Shown piece by piece: positions 37,050 through 47,306 of a stretch of DNA of 64,000 bases. Source of the stretch: Lachnospiraceae bacterium UBA1760 (GTDB taxonomy: Bacteria; Bacillota; Clostridia; Lachnospirales; Lachnospiraceae). A program made the translations under genes and the position numbers. The notes below the pieces were generated by a model. That model was not told the origin of the DNA, ran no database searches, and saw only the letters and a list, made by a program, of their open reading frames with translations. Position 1 is the first letter of the stretch; each line of letters opens with the position of its first letter. Location of the stretch: contig DCHE01000013.1 in assembly GCA_002314775.1 (NCBI GenBank), positions 5,500-69,499 on the forward strand, in the 5' to 3' direction.

Positions 37050-37269
37050 ATCTAAATCTCCTTTATTGATATAATGATAATTGTATTTAATAACTTTAAG
37101 TAGGGAAAAGTATAGCACAACAGATTATTTTAGTAAAGCAAACCTTTATCATTAATAATAGAACTTAGAATCAGACAATATATTAGAACTAAAAATAAAT
37201 TGAATTTAAAGACACGGTGTAGTATACTACTATTGATTTCGATTTTTTTACGGAAAGGATGGATACTTT

Positions 37270-39285
37270 ATGTTTGAAAACATTAGTAAAGTAAGTTTGA
37301 TATATGCGGCAATACTCGCTGTGTTTCTCATATTCCTTGTTGTAATATCGGTAGTAATCCTTAAGAAGAGTGATGAGGATGAAGATGATTACGACGATTA
37401 TGATGAAGAAGAGTATTACGAGGAGGATAAGAAGAAAAAGAAGAAAAAATACGAGGATGATGACTTCGAGGAAGAAGAGGAGGAGTATCAGAATCGAAAG
37501 GGCAGAAGGAACGATGATTATGCGGAGGACGAAGCATATTCTGAGTATCCAGAGGACGATCAGTATAGCGATGAATACTCTGACAATTATAGCGAAGACT
37601 ATGATGACGGTTATGATGATGGCTATGATGACGGCTATGACGAGAATTATAATGAGAATAATGACAGCTTTGAGAATGAATCTGAGAATGACAGCGCATT
37701 CCCAGATAGCGTAGTCAATAAGCATGATATCGTGCAGAGTGTTCAGAATATGGATAAGTCAAACGGTTTTTCTGACTCAGCATTTTCTGATTCGGCATTC
37801 GCTGATTCGGCATTTTCTGATTCAGCCTTTGATGATAAGGAAGTTAATGAGGCTAAGGTTGAGGAGGCTCATGGAATAGAGCTTACTTCAAGCGATATAG
37901 ATATGAGCACTGTTGCTGAGGATGAAAAAGAAATATCAGCAAGAGAGATAGCTGATAAGGTTGCTGCTGGCAATACAGTACCACTTCCAACAGACGAGAT
38001 TAAGAGCGCAATTAAGGAGCAGGCTAATAATAATGAAAAGCCAGCTGAGCCTGTGGCAAAGACTGATAATGTATTTGACAAGAACTATATCGATACTGCT
38101 CAGTTTGATCTTATTAAGGAAAAGGTTTCTGAGAGTGTATTCGGTAAGGTTAAGAAAAACCAGCCTGTAAAGGAGGCTGCTCCAGTTAAAGCTGAGGAGC
38201 CTAATGATAAGATTGAAGAAGCTGCAACAAAAGAAATTGCAACAGAGGATACTGCAAATAATTTTGCAGCAGAAGCAATTGAGGCTTCTAAGTCTGCGTT
38301 AGCTGAGGCACCTGAGTCGCCAGTTGAAGAAGCAGCGTCAGCTGAGACTTCTGCAGAAGCAGTTGGTGAGGATTCTGCTTTCGGTGAGGATACAGCCTTT
38401 GGTGAGGATTCGGCATTTGGCGAAGATACAGCCTTTGGCGAGGATTCAGCATTTTCTGATTCAGCCTTCGAGGATTCAGATTTTACTGAAGAAACAGCTG
38501 AGGATGATATTGATTTTGATGCAAGCTTTGATGAGTTGTTTGGCGAAGACGAATTTGATGAGGGACAAAAAGAGAATGCGCCAGTATTTACTGAGCACAC
38601 AAAGCTTAACCCTTCAAATGATACAAAGCTTACAATTAACCCTGTAAATGCAGTTGGAATTAACACAGTTAACTCAGAGGAGAAGATTAATGTCACCAAT
38701 GAGGAGGCTGGAATCACAGATATGGATGAGCTTGAGGATTACTTGAGTGAGAATCCGGTTCCAACCAGAAAGGGCAAGAAAAAGAAGAAGAAGCAGAGAG
38801 CAAATGGCGACGAGTTCGTCGAGAAGTTTGGAAGCTTCGAGCTTAAGTTTAATGTTGGAGATTCCTTCTGGTATAACAGCCAGGATATTGCTGAGTGTAG
38901 AAGAAAGGATGACATTTATTATTACTGTCATTACTTCGATGCTCCAGAGGAGGCGATTATACCACTTATTACCGAGATGTACGATTGTGCATTTGTAAAG
39001 ACTGAGGAGATTCAGTTTATTGCATATGGTATTGAGTATAAGACTATGGGCTTTAAGGAGATTATTGAAGCGGACATCAATACAGGCTTCGATAAGAATA
39101 AAGCAAGCAAAACTCCAACCAGAGAGGATAGAATTCTTATCTACAAGAAGTGGATAAGCTACGTTGATAAATTCCTTGAGACAATAGTAATCATTTCGAA
39201 TGAATACAATAAGGAGTATATCAAGAAGAGACTTTACGAGTATGGAAAGAATGATGTAGACGTTCTTCTTTACAGTCCAGAGTAA
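37270..39285 (+). CDS. Membrane-anchored hyper-acidic repeat protein of unknown function
   Basis: A good RBS and a long frame. One N-terminal TM helix (LIYAAILAVFLIFLVVISVVIL followed by KK). About 430 aa are D/E/Y/S-rich and low-complexity, with two arrays of [DE]-[ST]-A-F motifs. The ~170-aa C-terminal domain has normal composition (FELKFNVGDSFWYNSQD...LLYSPE). Confidence 0.7.
   Translation: MFENISKVSLIYAAILAVFLIFLVVISVVILKKSDEDEDDYDDYDEEEYYEEDKKKKKKKYEDDDFEEEEEEYQNRKGRRNDDYAEDEAYSEYPEDDQYSDEYSDNYSEDYDDGYDDGYDDGYDENYNENNDSFENESENDSAFPDSVVNKHDIVQSVQNMDKSNGFSDSAFSDSAFADSAFSDSAFDDKEVNEAKVEEAHGIELTSSDIDMSTVAEDEKEISAREIADKVAAGNTVPLPTDEIKSAIKEQANNNEKPAEPVAKTDNVFDKNYIDTAQFDLIKEKVSESVFGKVKKNQPVKEAAPVKAEEPNDKIEEAATKEIATEDTANNFAAEAIEASKSALAEAPESPVEEAASAETSAEAVGEDSAFGEDTAFGEDSAFGEDTAFGEDSAFSDSAFEDSDFTEETAEDDIDFDASFDELFGEDEFDEGQKENAPVFTEHTKLNPSNDTKLTINPVNAVGINTVNSEEKINVTNEEAGITDMDELEDYLSENPVPTRKGKKKKKKQRANGDEFVEKFGSFELKFNVGDSFWYNSQDIAECRRKDDIYYYCHYFDAPEEAIIPLITEMYDCAFVKTEEIQFIAYGIEYKTMGFKEIIEADINTGFDKNKASKTPTREDRILIYKKWISYVDKFLETIVIISNEYNKEYIKKRLYEYGKNDVDVLLYSPE
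37771..37830 (+). repeat. 4 x 15-bp in-frame repeat encoding (S/A)DSAF
   Basis: tctgactcagcattt / tctgattcggcattc / gctgattcggcattt / tctgattcagccttt. Confidence 0.9.
38365..38484 (+). repeat. 5 x 18-bp (GED[ST]AF) plus 2 x 15-bp in-frame repeats
   Basis: ggtgaggattctgctttc, ggtgaggatacagccttt, ggtgaggattcggcattt, ggcgaagatacagccttt, ggcgaggattcagcattt, then tctgattcagccttc and gaggattcagatttt. Confidence 0.9.
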
Positions 39286-39303
39286 AACTAAGAAAATTTG
39301 GTA

Positions 39304-39332
39304 TTGACTTAGAATTATTCATTGATTACAAT
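39304..39332 (+). promoter_or_regulatory. Candidate sigma-A promoter for the pheST T-box leader
   Basis: TTGACT, 17-nt spacer, TACAAT. Confidence 0.55.
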
Positions 39333-39339
39333 ATATTTT

Positions 39340-39587
39340 GCTATGAAGGTGCAAAAGATGGTATTGTTCCTTACAGAGAGGCGGAATTATTAGCTGAGAG
39401 TTCTGCTACGAAGAAGATACTGTTTAATTTCACACTGGAGCATTTCTCTTAAAGAGTATTCGAGTAGGGGAAACGGTTAACACGCGTCATAGTGTTTTAA
39501 AGAGTCAGATATTTTGATATCTGGAATTAGGGTGGTACCGCGGTTTTTATCGTCCCTGTATAGGAAGCTATACAGGGACTTTTTTTA
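39340..39587 (+). promoter_or_regulatory. T-box riboswitch leader, Phe specifier (UUC)
   Basis: AUGAAGG K-turn strand, AGAGAGG bulge and CUGAGAG distal loop. UUC-A at 39429-39432 lies immediately 5' of CACUGGAGC. T-box AATTAGGGTGGTACCGCG is at 39526-39542. The terminator is tccctgtata/tatacaggga plus T7. Confidence 0.9.
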
Positions 39588-39620
39588 TGAGTTACATACA
39601 ATATGAGGAGGAAACAATAA

Positions 39621-40643
39621 ATGAAAGAGATGCTTCAGAGAATTAAGGATGAAACACTTTCAAAGATTAGTGATTCAGACAATCTTGACAAATTAAATGA
39701 GATCAAGGTTTCAATTCTTGGAAAGAAGGGTGAGCTTACTCAGGTTCTTAAGGGAATGAAGGATGTTGCACCAGAGGACAGACCAAAGGTTGGACAGCTT
39801 GTAAATGAGGCAAGAGCAGCAATCGAGGAGAAACTCGAGTTAAAGATTAAGGAGGTTAATCGTAAGATTCTTTCAGAGAAGATGAAGAGAGAATCAATCG
39901 ATGTTACACTTCCAGGCGTGAGAAAGATGACTGGACACAGACATCCTAATCAGACAGCTCTTGAGGATTTAGAGCGAGTATTCATCGGTATGGGCTACGA
40001 GATCGTCGAAGGACCAGAAATCGAGTATGATAAGTATAACTTTGAGTTATTAAATATTCCAGCAAATCATCCAGCAAAGGACGAGCAGGATACATTTTAT
40101 ATTAATAAGGAGATACTTCTTAGAACACAGACTTCACCGGTTCAGGCTAGAATTATGGAGCAGGGCAAGCTTCCAATCAAGATTCTTTCACCTGGTAGAG
40201 TATTCCGTTCTGATGAGGTTGATGCAACACATTCACCATCCTTCCATCAGGTTGAGGGACTTGTTGTAGATAAGGGAATTACAATGGCTGACCTTAAGGG
40301 TACACTTGATCAGTTTGCAAAGAGCTTCTTTGGTGAGAATACAAAGACAAAGCTTCGTCCACACCATTTCCCATTCACTGAGCCATCAGCAGAGGTTGAT
40401 ATCACATGCTTTAAGTGTGGTGGTAAGGGCTGTAGAGTATGTAAGGGTTCTGGATGGATAGAAATTCTTGGTTGTGGTATGGTTCATCCTCACGTTCTTG
40501 AGATGTGTGGTATTGATCCAAATGAGTATTCAGGATTTGCATTTGGTATTGGACTTGAGAGAGTAACACTTCTCAAGTACGAGATTGATGATATGAGACT
40601 TCTCTACGAGAACGATAAGAGATTCTTAGATCAGTTCCAGTAG
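39621..40643 (+). CDS. pheS: Phenylalanyl-tRNA synthetase alpha subunit
   Basis: HPAKDEQDTFYI, LRTQTSPVQAR, FRSDEVDATHSPSFHQVEG, FGIGLERV. Confidence 0.95.
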   Translation: MKEMLQRIKDETLSKISDSDNLDKLNEIKVSILGKKGELTQVLKGMKDVAPEDRPKVGQLVNEARAAIEEKLELKIKEVNRKILSEKMKRESIDVTLPGVRKMTGHRHPNQTALEDLERVFIGMGYEIVEGPEIEYDKYNFELLNIPANHPAKDEQDTFYINKEILLRTQTSPVQARIMEQGKLPIKILSPGRVFRSDEVDATHSPSFHQVEGLVVDKGITMADLKGTLDQFAKSFFGENTKTKLRPHHFPFTEPSAEVDITCFKCGGKGCRVCKGSGWIEILGCGMVHPHVLEMCGIDPNEYSGFAFGIGLERVTLLKYEIDDMRLLYENDKRFLDQFQ

Positions 40644-40683
40644 GATTGTTATTTGTGATTATATTATACGAGGAGAATAAACT

Positions 40684-43116
40684 ATGAATACACCAATTTC
40701 TTGGATTAAGGCATATGTTCCTGATTTGGATGTAACACCACAGGAATATGTAGATAAGATTACACTCTCAGGTTCTCATGTAGAAAACTATGTTCGTATG
40801 GATAAGAATCTTGAGAAGATTGTAGTAGGAAAGATTGTAAAGATTGACAGACATCCAGATGCTGATAAGCTTATTATCTGTCAGGTTGATATCGGAGCAG
40901 AGGATTTACTTCAGATTGTTACAGGTGCTCCAAATGTTAAGGAGGGCGACTTAGTACCAACAGTTCTTGATGGTGGTAAGGTTGCAGGTGGCCATGACGG
41001 TGGCCCGCTTCCAGAGGAAGGAATTAAGATTAAGAAGGGTAAGCTTCGTGGCGTTGAGTCATTTGGTATGATGTGTGCAATCGAGGAGATGGGATCATCA
41101 CGTGATTTCTATCCAGAAGCACCTGAAAATGGAGTTTACGTATTCCCAGAGACTGCAAATGTTAAGCCTGGCGATGATGCTGTAAAGGCACTCGGTCTTG
41201 ATGATGTTGTAGTAGAGTACGAAATCACATCTAACAGAGTAGACTGTTTCTCAATCATTGGTATGGCAAGAGAGGCTGCAGTAACATTTGATAAGCCATT
41301 CTATCCACCAGTAGTTGAGGTGGCAAAGACTACAGAGGAGAAGACCTCAGATTATATCTCAGTTGAGGTTAAGGATCCAGATTTGTGTAAGAGATACTGC
41401 GCAAGAGTAGTAAAGAATATCAAGATTGGACCTTCACCTATCTGGATGCAGAGAAGACTTGCTGCACAGGGAATTCGTTCAATCAATAACCTTGTTGATA
41501 TAACAAACTATGTTATGGAAGAGTTTGGTCAGCCAATGCACGCATTTGACCTTGGAACAATCGCTGGCAATAAGATTGTAGTTAAGAGAGCAGCTAATGA
41601 TTCTACCTTCACAACACTTGATGGTCAGGAGAGAAAGCTCGATGAGAACGTTCTTATGATTTGTGACGGTGAGAAGGAGGTTGCTATCGCTGGTATCATG
41701 GGTGGAGAAAACTCAATGGTAACAGATGATATTAAGGATCTTTTATTTGAGGCTGCCTGCTTCGATGGAACAAATATCAGACTTTCATCAAAGAGAGTTG
41801 GACTTAGAACAGATGCTTCTTCAAAGTTTGAGAAGGGACTTGATCCAAATCTTGCTATGGAGGCTCTTGACAGAGCTTGTCAGCTTATTCAGGAGATGGG
41901 CTGTGGAGAGGTACTTGATGGTACAGTTGATGTATATCCAAATCCAGTAATGCCTAAGGTACTTCCATTTGAGCCAGATAAGATGAACAAGCTTCTTGGT
42001 ACAGATGTTGCTGAGGAGAAGATGCTTTATATATTCAAGGCACTTGGCCTCACATATAACGAGAGTGACAATACACTTACAATTCCTACATACAGACAGG
42101 ATTTACTCTGCATGGCTGATTTAGCAGAGGAGGTTGCAAGATTCTACGGATATGACAATATCCCAACAACACTTCCTAAGACCTCATCGGTAATCGGTGG
42201 ACTTCCATACGACCAGAGAATTAGTGCAATTGCAAGAGATATCGTTGAGGAGAACGGCTTTTCAGGTGGTATGTGCTATTCATTTGAGAGTCCAAAGGTA
42301 TTTGATAAGCTCAACCTTCCAAGTGATTCACCATACAGAAATGCAATTCAGATTATGAATCCACTCGGCGAGGATTTCAGTATTATGAGAACAATTCCAC
42401 TCAATGGAATGCTCACATCACTCGCTACAAACTACAACAGAAGAAATAAGAATGTAAGACTCTATGAGCTTGCAAATGTTTATATTCCAAAGGCACTTCC
42501 TCTTACAGAGCTTCCAGATGAGAAGATGAAGCTCACACTTGGTATGTACGGTGATGGTGACTTCTTCACAATGAAGGGTGTTGTAGAGGAGCTTTGCTAT
42601 AAGCTTGGTTTTGGCAGTGCAGTAAACTATGTACCAGTTCAGTGCCATGAGTTCCTTCATCCAGGAAGACAGGCAAATATTGTAAAGGGAAATATTGAGA
42701 TTGGTTACATTGGACAGGTTCACCCAGAGGTAGTTGCAAACTATGATATGAAGGGTGAAGTATATATAGCAGTTCTTAATATGGATGTTGTTACAATGCT
42801 TTCAAACTTCGATATTAAGTATAAGGGTATTGCTAAGTTCCCTGGAAGTACAAGAGATCTTTCACTTGTTTGCGACAAGACTATCTTCGTTGGACAGATT
42901 GAGGAGGTAATCAGAAAGTGTGGCGGAAAGCTTCTTGAGTCATACAGCCTTTTCGATGTATACGAAGGAGAGCAGGTTGAGGCTGGCAAGAAGTCAGTAG
43001 CATATACAATGACCTTCAGAGCATTAGACAGAACCTTAGAGGACGCAGAGGTTAATAAGATTATCGATAAGATTCTTAAGGAACTCGGTAAGCTTAACAT
43101 TACAATCAGAGCATAG
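40684..43116 (+). CDS. pheT: Phenylalanyl-tRNA synthetase beta subunit
   Basis: 810 aa. N-terminal tRNA-binding OB domain ([15 protein letters not shown]), B3/4 and B5 domains, and a C-terminal FDX-ACB domain. Confidence 0.95.
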   Translation: MNTPISWIKAYVPDLDVTPQEYVDKITLSGSHVENYVRMDKNLEKIVVGKIVKIDRHPDADKLIICQVDIGAEDLLQIVTGAPNVKEGDLVPTVLDGGKVAGGHDGGPLPEEGIKIKKGKLRGVESFGMMCAIEEMGSSRDFYPEAPENGVYVFPETANVKPGDDAVKALGLDDVVVEYEITSNRVDCFSIIGMAREAAVTFDKPFYPPVVEVAKTTEEKTSDYISVEVKDPDLCKRYCARVVKNIKIGPSPIWMQRRLAAQGIRSINNLVDITNYVMEEFGQPMHAFDLGTIAGNKIVVKRAANDSTFTTLDGQERKLDENVLMICDGEKEVAIAGIMGGENSMVTDDIKDLLFEAACFDGTNIRLSSKRVGLRTDASSKFEKGLDPNLAMEALDRACQLIQEMGCGEVLDGTVDVYPNPVMPKVLPFEPDKMNKLLGTDVAEEKMLYIFKALGLTYNESDNTLTIPTYRQDLLCMADLAEEVARFYGYDNIPTTLPKTSSVIGGLPYDQRISAIARDIVEENGFSGGMCYSFESPKVFDKLNLPSDSPYRNAIQIMNPLGEDFSIMRTIPLNGMLTSLATNYNRRNKNVRLYELANVYIPKALPLTELPDEKMKLTLGMYGDGDFFTMKGVVEELCYKLGFGSAVNYVPVQCHEFLHPGRQANIVKGNIEIGYIGQVHPEVVANYDMKGEVYIAVLNMDVVTMLSNFDIKYKGIAKFPGSTRDLSLVCDKTIFVGQIEEVIRKCGGKLLESYSLFDVYEGEQVEAGKKSVAYTMTFRALDRTLEDAEVNKIIDKILKELGKLNITIRA

Positions 43117-43124
43117 AGGCGAAT

Positions 43125-44150
43125 ATGGATTTACATGATTTTTATTATGATCTTCCACAGGAGCTTATAGCTCAGGACCCTTTGCTTAAGAGAAGTGATT
43201 CAAAGCTTATGGTAATTAACCGTGAGGACGATTCGATAAGTCATAAGCATTTCAGTGACATTCTTGATTATCTGAGCCCTGGAGACTGCCTTGTCATTAA
43301 TGACACTAAGGTAATTCCAGCGAGACTCATGGGCGAGAAGGAAGAGACTGGAGCAGGAATCGAGGTTTTGCTTCTTAAGAACAAGGGCAATAACATCTGG
43401 GAGACATTGGTAAAGCCAGGAAAAAAAGCAAGGCCTGGTGCAAAAATTAGCTTTGGAAATGGGCTTCTTAAGGCAGAGGTAATAGACGTGGTTGAGGATG
43501 GCAACAGACTCATACAGTTTACCTATGACGGTATCTGGGAGGAAATCCTTGATAAGCTTGGAAAGATGCCACTTCCACCATATATCACACATGAATTAAA
43601 GGATAGAGACAGATATCAGACTGTGTATGCAACACATTCTGGTTCTGCCGCTGCCCCTACCGCAGGTCTTCATTTTACAAATGAACTCCTTAAGGCGGTT
43701 GAGGATAAGGGAGTTAAAATTGCAAGAGTAACTCTTCATGTTGGTCTCGGAACCTTCAGACCGGTTAAGGTTGAAAATATTGAAGAGCATCATATGCACA
43801 GTGAGTTCTATATGATAGACGAAGCTGCAGCAGATATTATCAATGAAACAAAGAAAAATGGTGGCAAGGTAATATCTGTTGGTACTACAAGTACAAGAAC
43901 TCTTGAGTCAGCTGCAGATGAAAGTGGCAATTTAAAGCCATGCAGCGGATGGACTAACATATTTATCTATCCTGGATATAAATTTAAATGCGTAGACAGA
44001 CTTATAACTAATTTCCACCTGCCTGAATCAACATTATTAATGCTGGTTTCTGCACTGTATGACAGAGAGAAGGTTCTAAGTGCATACAAGGTGGCAGTTG
44101 ATGAAAAATACAGATTTTTCTCCTTTGGTGATGCAATGCTAATCTATTAA
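43125..44150 (+). CDS. queA: S-adenosylmethionine:tRNA ribosyltransferase-isomerase
   Basis: [54 protein letters not shown]. Confidence 0.93.
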   Translation: MDLHDFYYDLPQELIAQDPLLKRSDSKLMVINREDDSISHKHFSDILDYLSPGDCLVINDTKVIPARLMGEKEETGAGIEVLLLKNKGNNIWETLVKPGKKARPGAKISFGNGLLKAEVIDVVEDGNRLIQFTYDGIWEEILDKLGKMPLPPYITHELKDRDRYQTVYATHSGSAAAPTAGLHFTNELLKAVEDKGVKIARVTLHVGLGTFRPVKVENIEEHHMHSEFYMIDEAAADIINETKKNGGKVISVGTTSTRTLESAADESGNLKPCSGWTNIFIYPGYKFKCVDRLITNFHLPESTLLMLVSALYDREKVLSAYKVAVDEKYRFFSFGDAMLIY

Positions 44151-44227
44151 TAGTACAATAAGGTAAAAGATTTCCCGGAGCCTAAGCTTAGGGGAGGCTT
44201 TTGCGAACTTAAATTAAGGAGAGGCGT

Positions 44228-46045
44228 ATGAAACGTTTGCGTAAGAGTATAGAATTGATGAGATTTAACCTTGGCCCCGTTTTACTTTACGAGGTTTTAA
44301 CAAAGGTACTATTCTATGCACTTATGGTACCTGTTTTATACGCCTCTCTTAATACGTCTATAAGAGTAGCGGGCATAGATTATCTGTCAAAGGGAACAGT
44401 TAAGAAGTATTTTATGTCTCCCTACACCTATTTGTTTGCATTTTTTGTACTCATAATATTATCTATGTGTATTCTCATAAACATTTCAGGCGTTCTCTAT
44501 GCCATGAAAAAATCCTACAGAAGAGAGAAGTCTTCTCCGTTGAAGATGCTTCTGTTTGGAATGAAGAGCTCATTTAGGATTATTAAGGTAAAAAATCTTC
44601 CGATTGTCATATATATACTATTTGTTCTTCCAATCAGCTGTCTTACTCTGATTTCGACAAGTATATTAAAGATGGATGTTCCTGACTATATTCTTATTTT
44701 TTTGACGGGAGAGAAGAATAAGATTATCATATTAGTTGCGATACTACTAATCATTTCCATGATTGCGGTATCCTTCATCTATACGATCAATTATTTTGTG
44801 CTTAAGAAAAAAAGCTTCAGTGATTCGGTTAGAAGCAGTAGAAACTGCCTTAAGATTACGGGAAATGTTACAATAGTAATTGTGCTTTTCCTTAATATAC
44901 TCTTTTTTGTTCTTGAAATATTATTTGGAGAGGTTGCTTCAAGGCTTCTTATCAAGGCGATTTCCGGATTTTTGAAGCAGGGCATTGGCTATTCATTAGC
45001 AGAGACAGTAATAAAAACTGTAAGTACAGTCATTTATTTAATGTTCTCAATTGTGGCTATGCCATTTACCTATGCATATATTTCAGAGGGATATTTTGAG
45101 GTTGAGGATATTGGAAGAAGTAATACTGCATCGAGAAAAGACGATGATGTAGAGGCCAGGAAGGCTATTATGAAGGAGAGGGCAATAATACTGCTCATTC
45201 TTCTTATTGCGGTTGTTCTTGATATTTCGTACTTCGCATTAAGTCAAAGTAAGGTTATTGGGATAAATGCTGAATATATGAGTAAAGCAACAATCACTGC
45301 CCATAGAGGAGCTTCGAAGGATGCACCGGAGAATACACTGCCAGCCTTTGAGGAGGCGATAAATCAGGGGGCGGATGTTGTTGAGCTGGATGTTCGTGAG
45401 ACCCTTGACGGGTATATAGTTGTTATGCATGACTCGAGCTTGAAGAGAACCATAGGTGTAAAGAAAAACGTGGAGGATATTACCTACGAGGAGCTTATGA
45501 CCTACGATGCCGGTGTTTTGTTTGGCGAGAAGTTTAGAGGGACTAAGGTTCCAACTTTAGAGGAGGTCATAGAGCTTGTTGACGGGCGCTGCAAGCTTAA
45601 TATTGAGCTTAAGCCTGCTGAATCAAACACCGATTTTGTGGAAAAGGTAGTAGACATAATAGAAAAATATAATCTTAATGATCAGTGTGTGCTTACCTCG
45701 CCTGATTACAAGGTTATCTCAAAGGTTAAGGCGATTGATAATGATATTACAACAATATATGTTATGTCTGTTGCGGTGGGAGAGTTTTATACACTTGAAT
45801 ATGCTGATGGTTTTAGTATAAAGTACAAGTATATAACAAATGATGTAGTTAAAAATGTCCATAAAAGAGGCAAGGAAATCTATGCATGGACAATCGACGA
45901 TGAAAATATTGTTGAGGAGGTGCTGCTTAAGGGAGTTGACTCTGTCATAACCAATAAGCCAGCCGAGATGAAGGAGTATGTGGGAAGCTTCACAGACAGT
46001 ATTTTCGAGAAGCTTGTGAAGAGGTATTTTGAGATTGGCCTCTGA
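44228..46045 (+). CDS. Membrane-bound glycerophosphodiester phosphodiesterase (N-terminal multi-TM domain + C-terminal GDPD domain)
   Basis: About 340 aa of TM-rich region, then ITAHRGASKDAPENTLPAFEEAINQGADVVELDVRETLDGYIVVMHD. Confidence 0.85.
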   Translation: MKRLRKSIELMRFNLGPVLLYEVLTKVLFYALMVPVLYASLNTSIRVAGIDYLSKGTVKKYFMSPYTYLFAFFVLIILSMCILINISGVLYAMKKSYRREKSSPLKMLLFGMKSSFRIIKVKNLPIVIYILFVLPISCLTLISTSILKMDVPDYILIFLTGEKNKIIILVAILLIISMIAVSFIYTINYFVLKKKSFSDSVRSSRNCLKITGNVTIVIVLFLNILFFVLEILFGEVASRLLIKAISGFLKQGIGYSLAETVIKTVSTVIYLMFSIVAMPFTYAYISEGYFEVEDIGRSNTASRKDDDVEARKAIMKERAIILLILLIAVVLDISYFALSQSKVIGINAEYMSKATITAHRGASKDAPENTLPAFEEAINQGADVVELDVRETLDGYIVVMHDSSLKRTIGVKKNVEDITYEELMTYDAGVLFGEKFRGTKVPTLEEVIELVDGRCKLNIELKPAESNTDFVEKVVDIIEKYNLNDQCVLTSPDYKVISKVKAIDNDITTIYVMSVAVGEFYTLEYADGFSIKYKYITNDVVKNVHKRGKEIYAWTIDDENIVEEVLLKGVDSVITNKPAEMKEYVGSFTDSIFEKLVKRYFEIGL

Positions 46046-46062
46046 TTGGGAAAGGAGAGAAT

Positions 46063-47304
46063 ATGAGTAGCGAATTATTATTTAGGTATTTAGAAGAAGG
46101 AATTACCCAGTACCACCTTACATTGCTTGTTGCAAATGAGCTTGAAAAAAATGGTTATAAGAAGCTGGATTTTTCCGATAATATTAGAAAACTTGCTCCG
46201 GGAAGGTATTATATAAAGCCATATTTATCATGCCTGTTTGCATTTGATATTGGAAAAAAAGCAAAAGGCATAAGAATAGCTGCATGTCATACAGATTTTC
46301 CGATGCTCAAGCTTAAGACCAATCCGGAAATGGATAAAAAGGGTTATCTTACTGTTAATCAGGAGCCATATGGCGGACTGATTTCATCAACCTGGTTCGA
46401 CAGACCACTTGGCCTTGCGGGAAAGGTTGTAAGGCAGGGCGATTCGGCATTTAATCCTGTGGTTGAGCTTTATGACTCGAAAAGACCACTGTTTATGATA
46501 CCGAGCCTTGCTCCACATCTTAGAAGTGATAATGGAGAAAAGAAAATAGATGTGTTCAAGGAGCTTGTGCCTGTAGGAGGATTTTACGAAAAGGATGAGA
46601 ACCTCGTGGAGGAACTTCTAGGTAAGGATGTGCTCGCTTATGACATATACCTTTACAATATGGATAAACCAGTAAAATATGGAGTGAGGGAGGAGCTTTT
46701 CTCATCACCTAGAATAGACAACATTTCATCTGCTGCGGCTATAACAGAAGCTATGATATCCGATGAAGCAAATGATGAAATTATCAAGGTTGGAGCATAC
46801 TTTGATAACGAAGAGATTGGAAGTGCAACAAAGCAGGGAGCAGACAGCACACTGTTTAGAGATGTTCTTTCTAAGGTTCTTGATATGGCCTGCGCCGAAA
46901 CAAGGGATGAATTACTTGGAAATATATTTATTGCTTCACTTGATGTTGCCCACGGTCTTCATCCAAACTATCCTGAAAAGAGCGATACTACAAATGAAGT
47001 AAGGCTTGGCAAGGGAGTTGTTCTTAAGCAGAGTGCATCGCAAAGATATGTATCAGACAGCGAGGCCTCAGCAGTTATTTCATTTATTGCCAATAAGAAT
47101 AACATAGAAATACAAAAACAGGCCAACAGAACTGGAATGCCAGGTGGTAAAACACTTGGACCGATAATATCGGGATACATTCCGTCAATGGCCTGCGATA
47201 TGGGAATTCCTGTTCTTGCAATGCATTCAGCAAATGAAACTGCCTGCATCAAGGATTATGAGTCGCTTGTAAAGCTTGTGGAGAAAATATTTACGGAGGA
47301 GTAG
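46063..47304 (+). CDS. M18-family aminopeptidase
   Basis: Pattern ...YYIKPY..LFAF..G...GIRIAACHTDFPMLKLK...YGGL...WFDRPLGLAGKV, and later FDNEEIGS and SLDVAHGLHPNY. Confidence 0.8.
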   Translation: MSSELLFRYLEEGITQYHLTLLVANELEKNGYKKLDFSDNIRKLAPGRYYIKPYLSCLFAFDIGKKAKGIRIAACHTDFPMLKLKTNPEMDKKGYLTVNQEPYGGLISSTWFDRPLGLAGKVVRQGDSAFNPVVELYDSKRPLFMIPSLAPHLRSDNGEKKIDVFKELVPVGGFYEKDENLVEELLGKDVLAYDIYLYNMDKPVKYGVREELFSSPRIDNISSAAAITEAMISDEANDEIIKVGAYFDNEEIGSATKQGADSTLFRDVLSKVLDMACAETRDELLGNIFIASLDVAHGLHPNYPEKSDTTNEVRLGKGVVLKQSASQRYVSDSEASAVISFIANKNNIEIQKQANRTGMPGGKTLGPIISGYIPSMACDMGIPVLAMHSANETACIKDYESLVKLVEKIFTEE

Positions 47305-47306
47305 TA

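Noticed and set aside
37189-37725. 178-aa minus-strand ORF (plus 37361-37699 minus, 37370-37714 plus and 38100-38717 minus) overlapping the acidic repeat gene
   Set aside because: These are mirror-frame artefacts of GAT/GAA/GAG-rich repeats. They translate to poly-I/L/S low-complexity strings, have no RBS, and the plus-strand frame at 37270 has the RBS and a structured C-terminal domain.
37771-38484. Regularly spaced short repeats considered as a possible CRISPR array (also 11783-11842 and 52528-52720)
   Set aside because: The units are 15-18 bp, directly abutting with no spacers, in frame within long ORFs and diverged at wobble positions. They are coding tandem repeats, and no cas genes are present.
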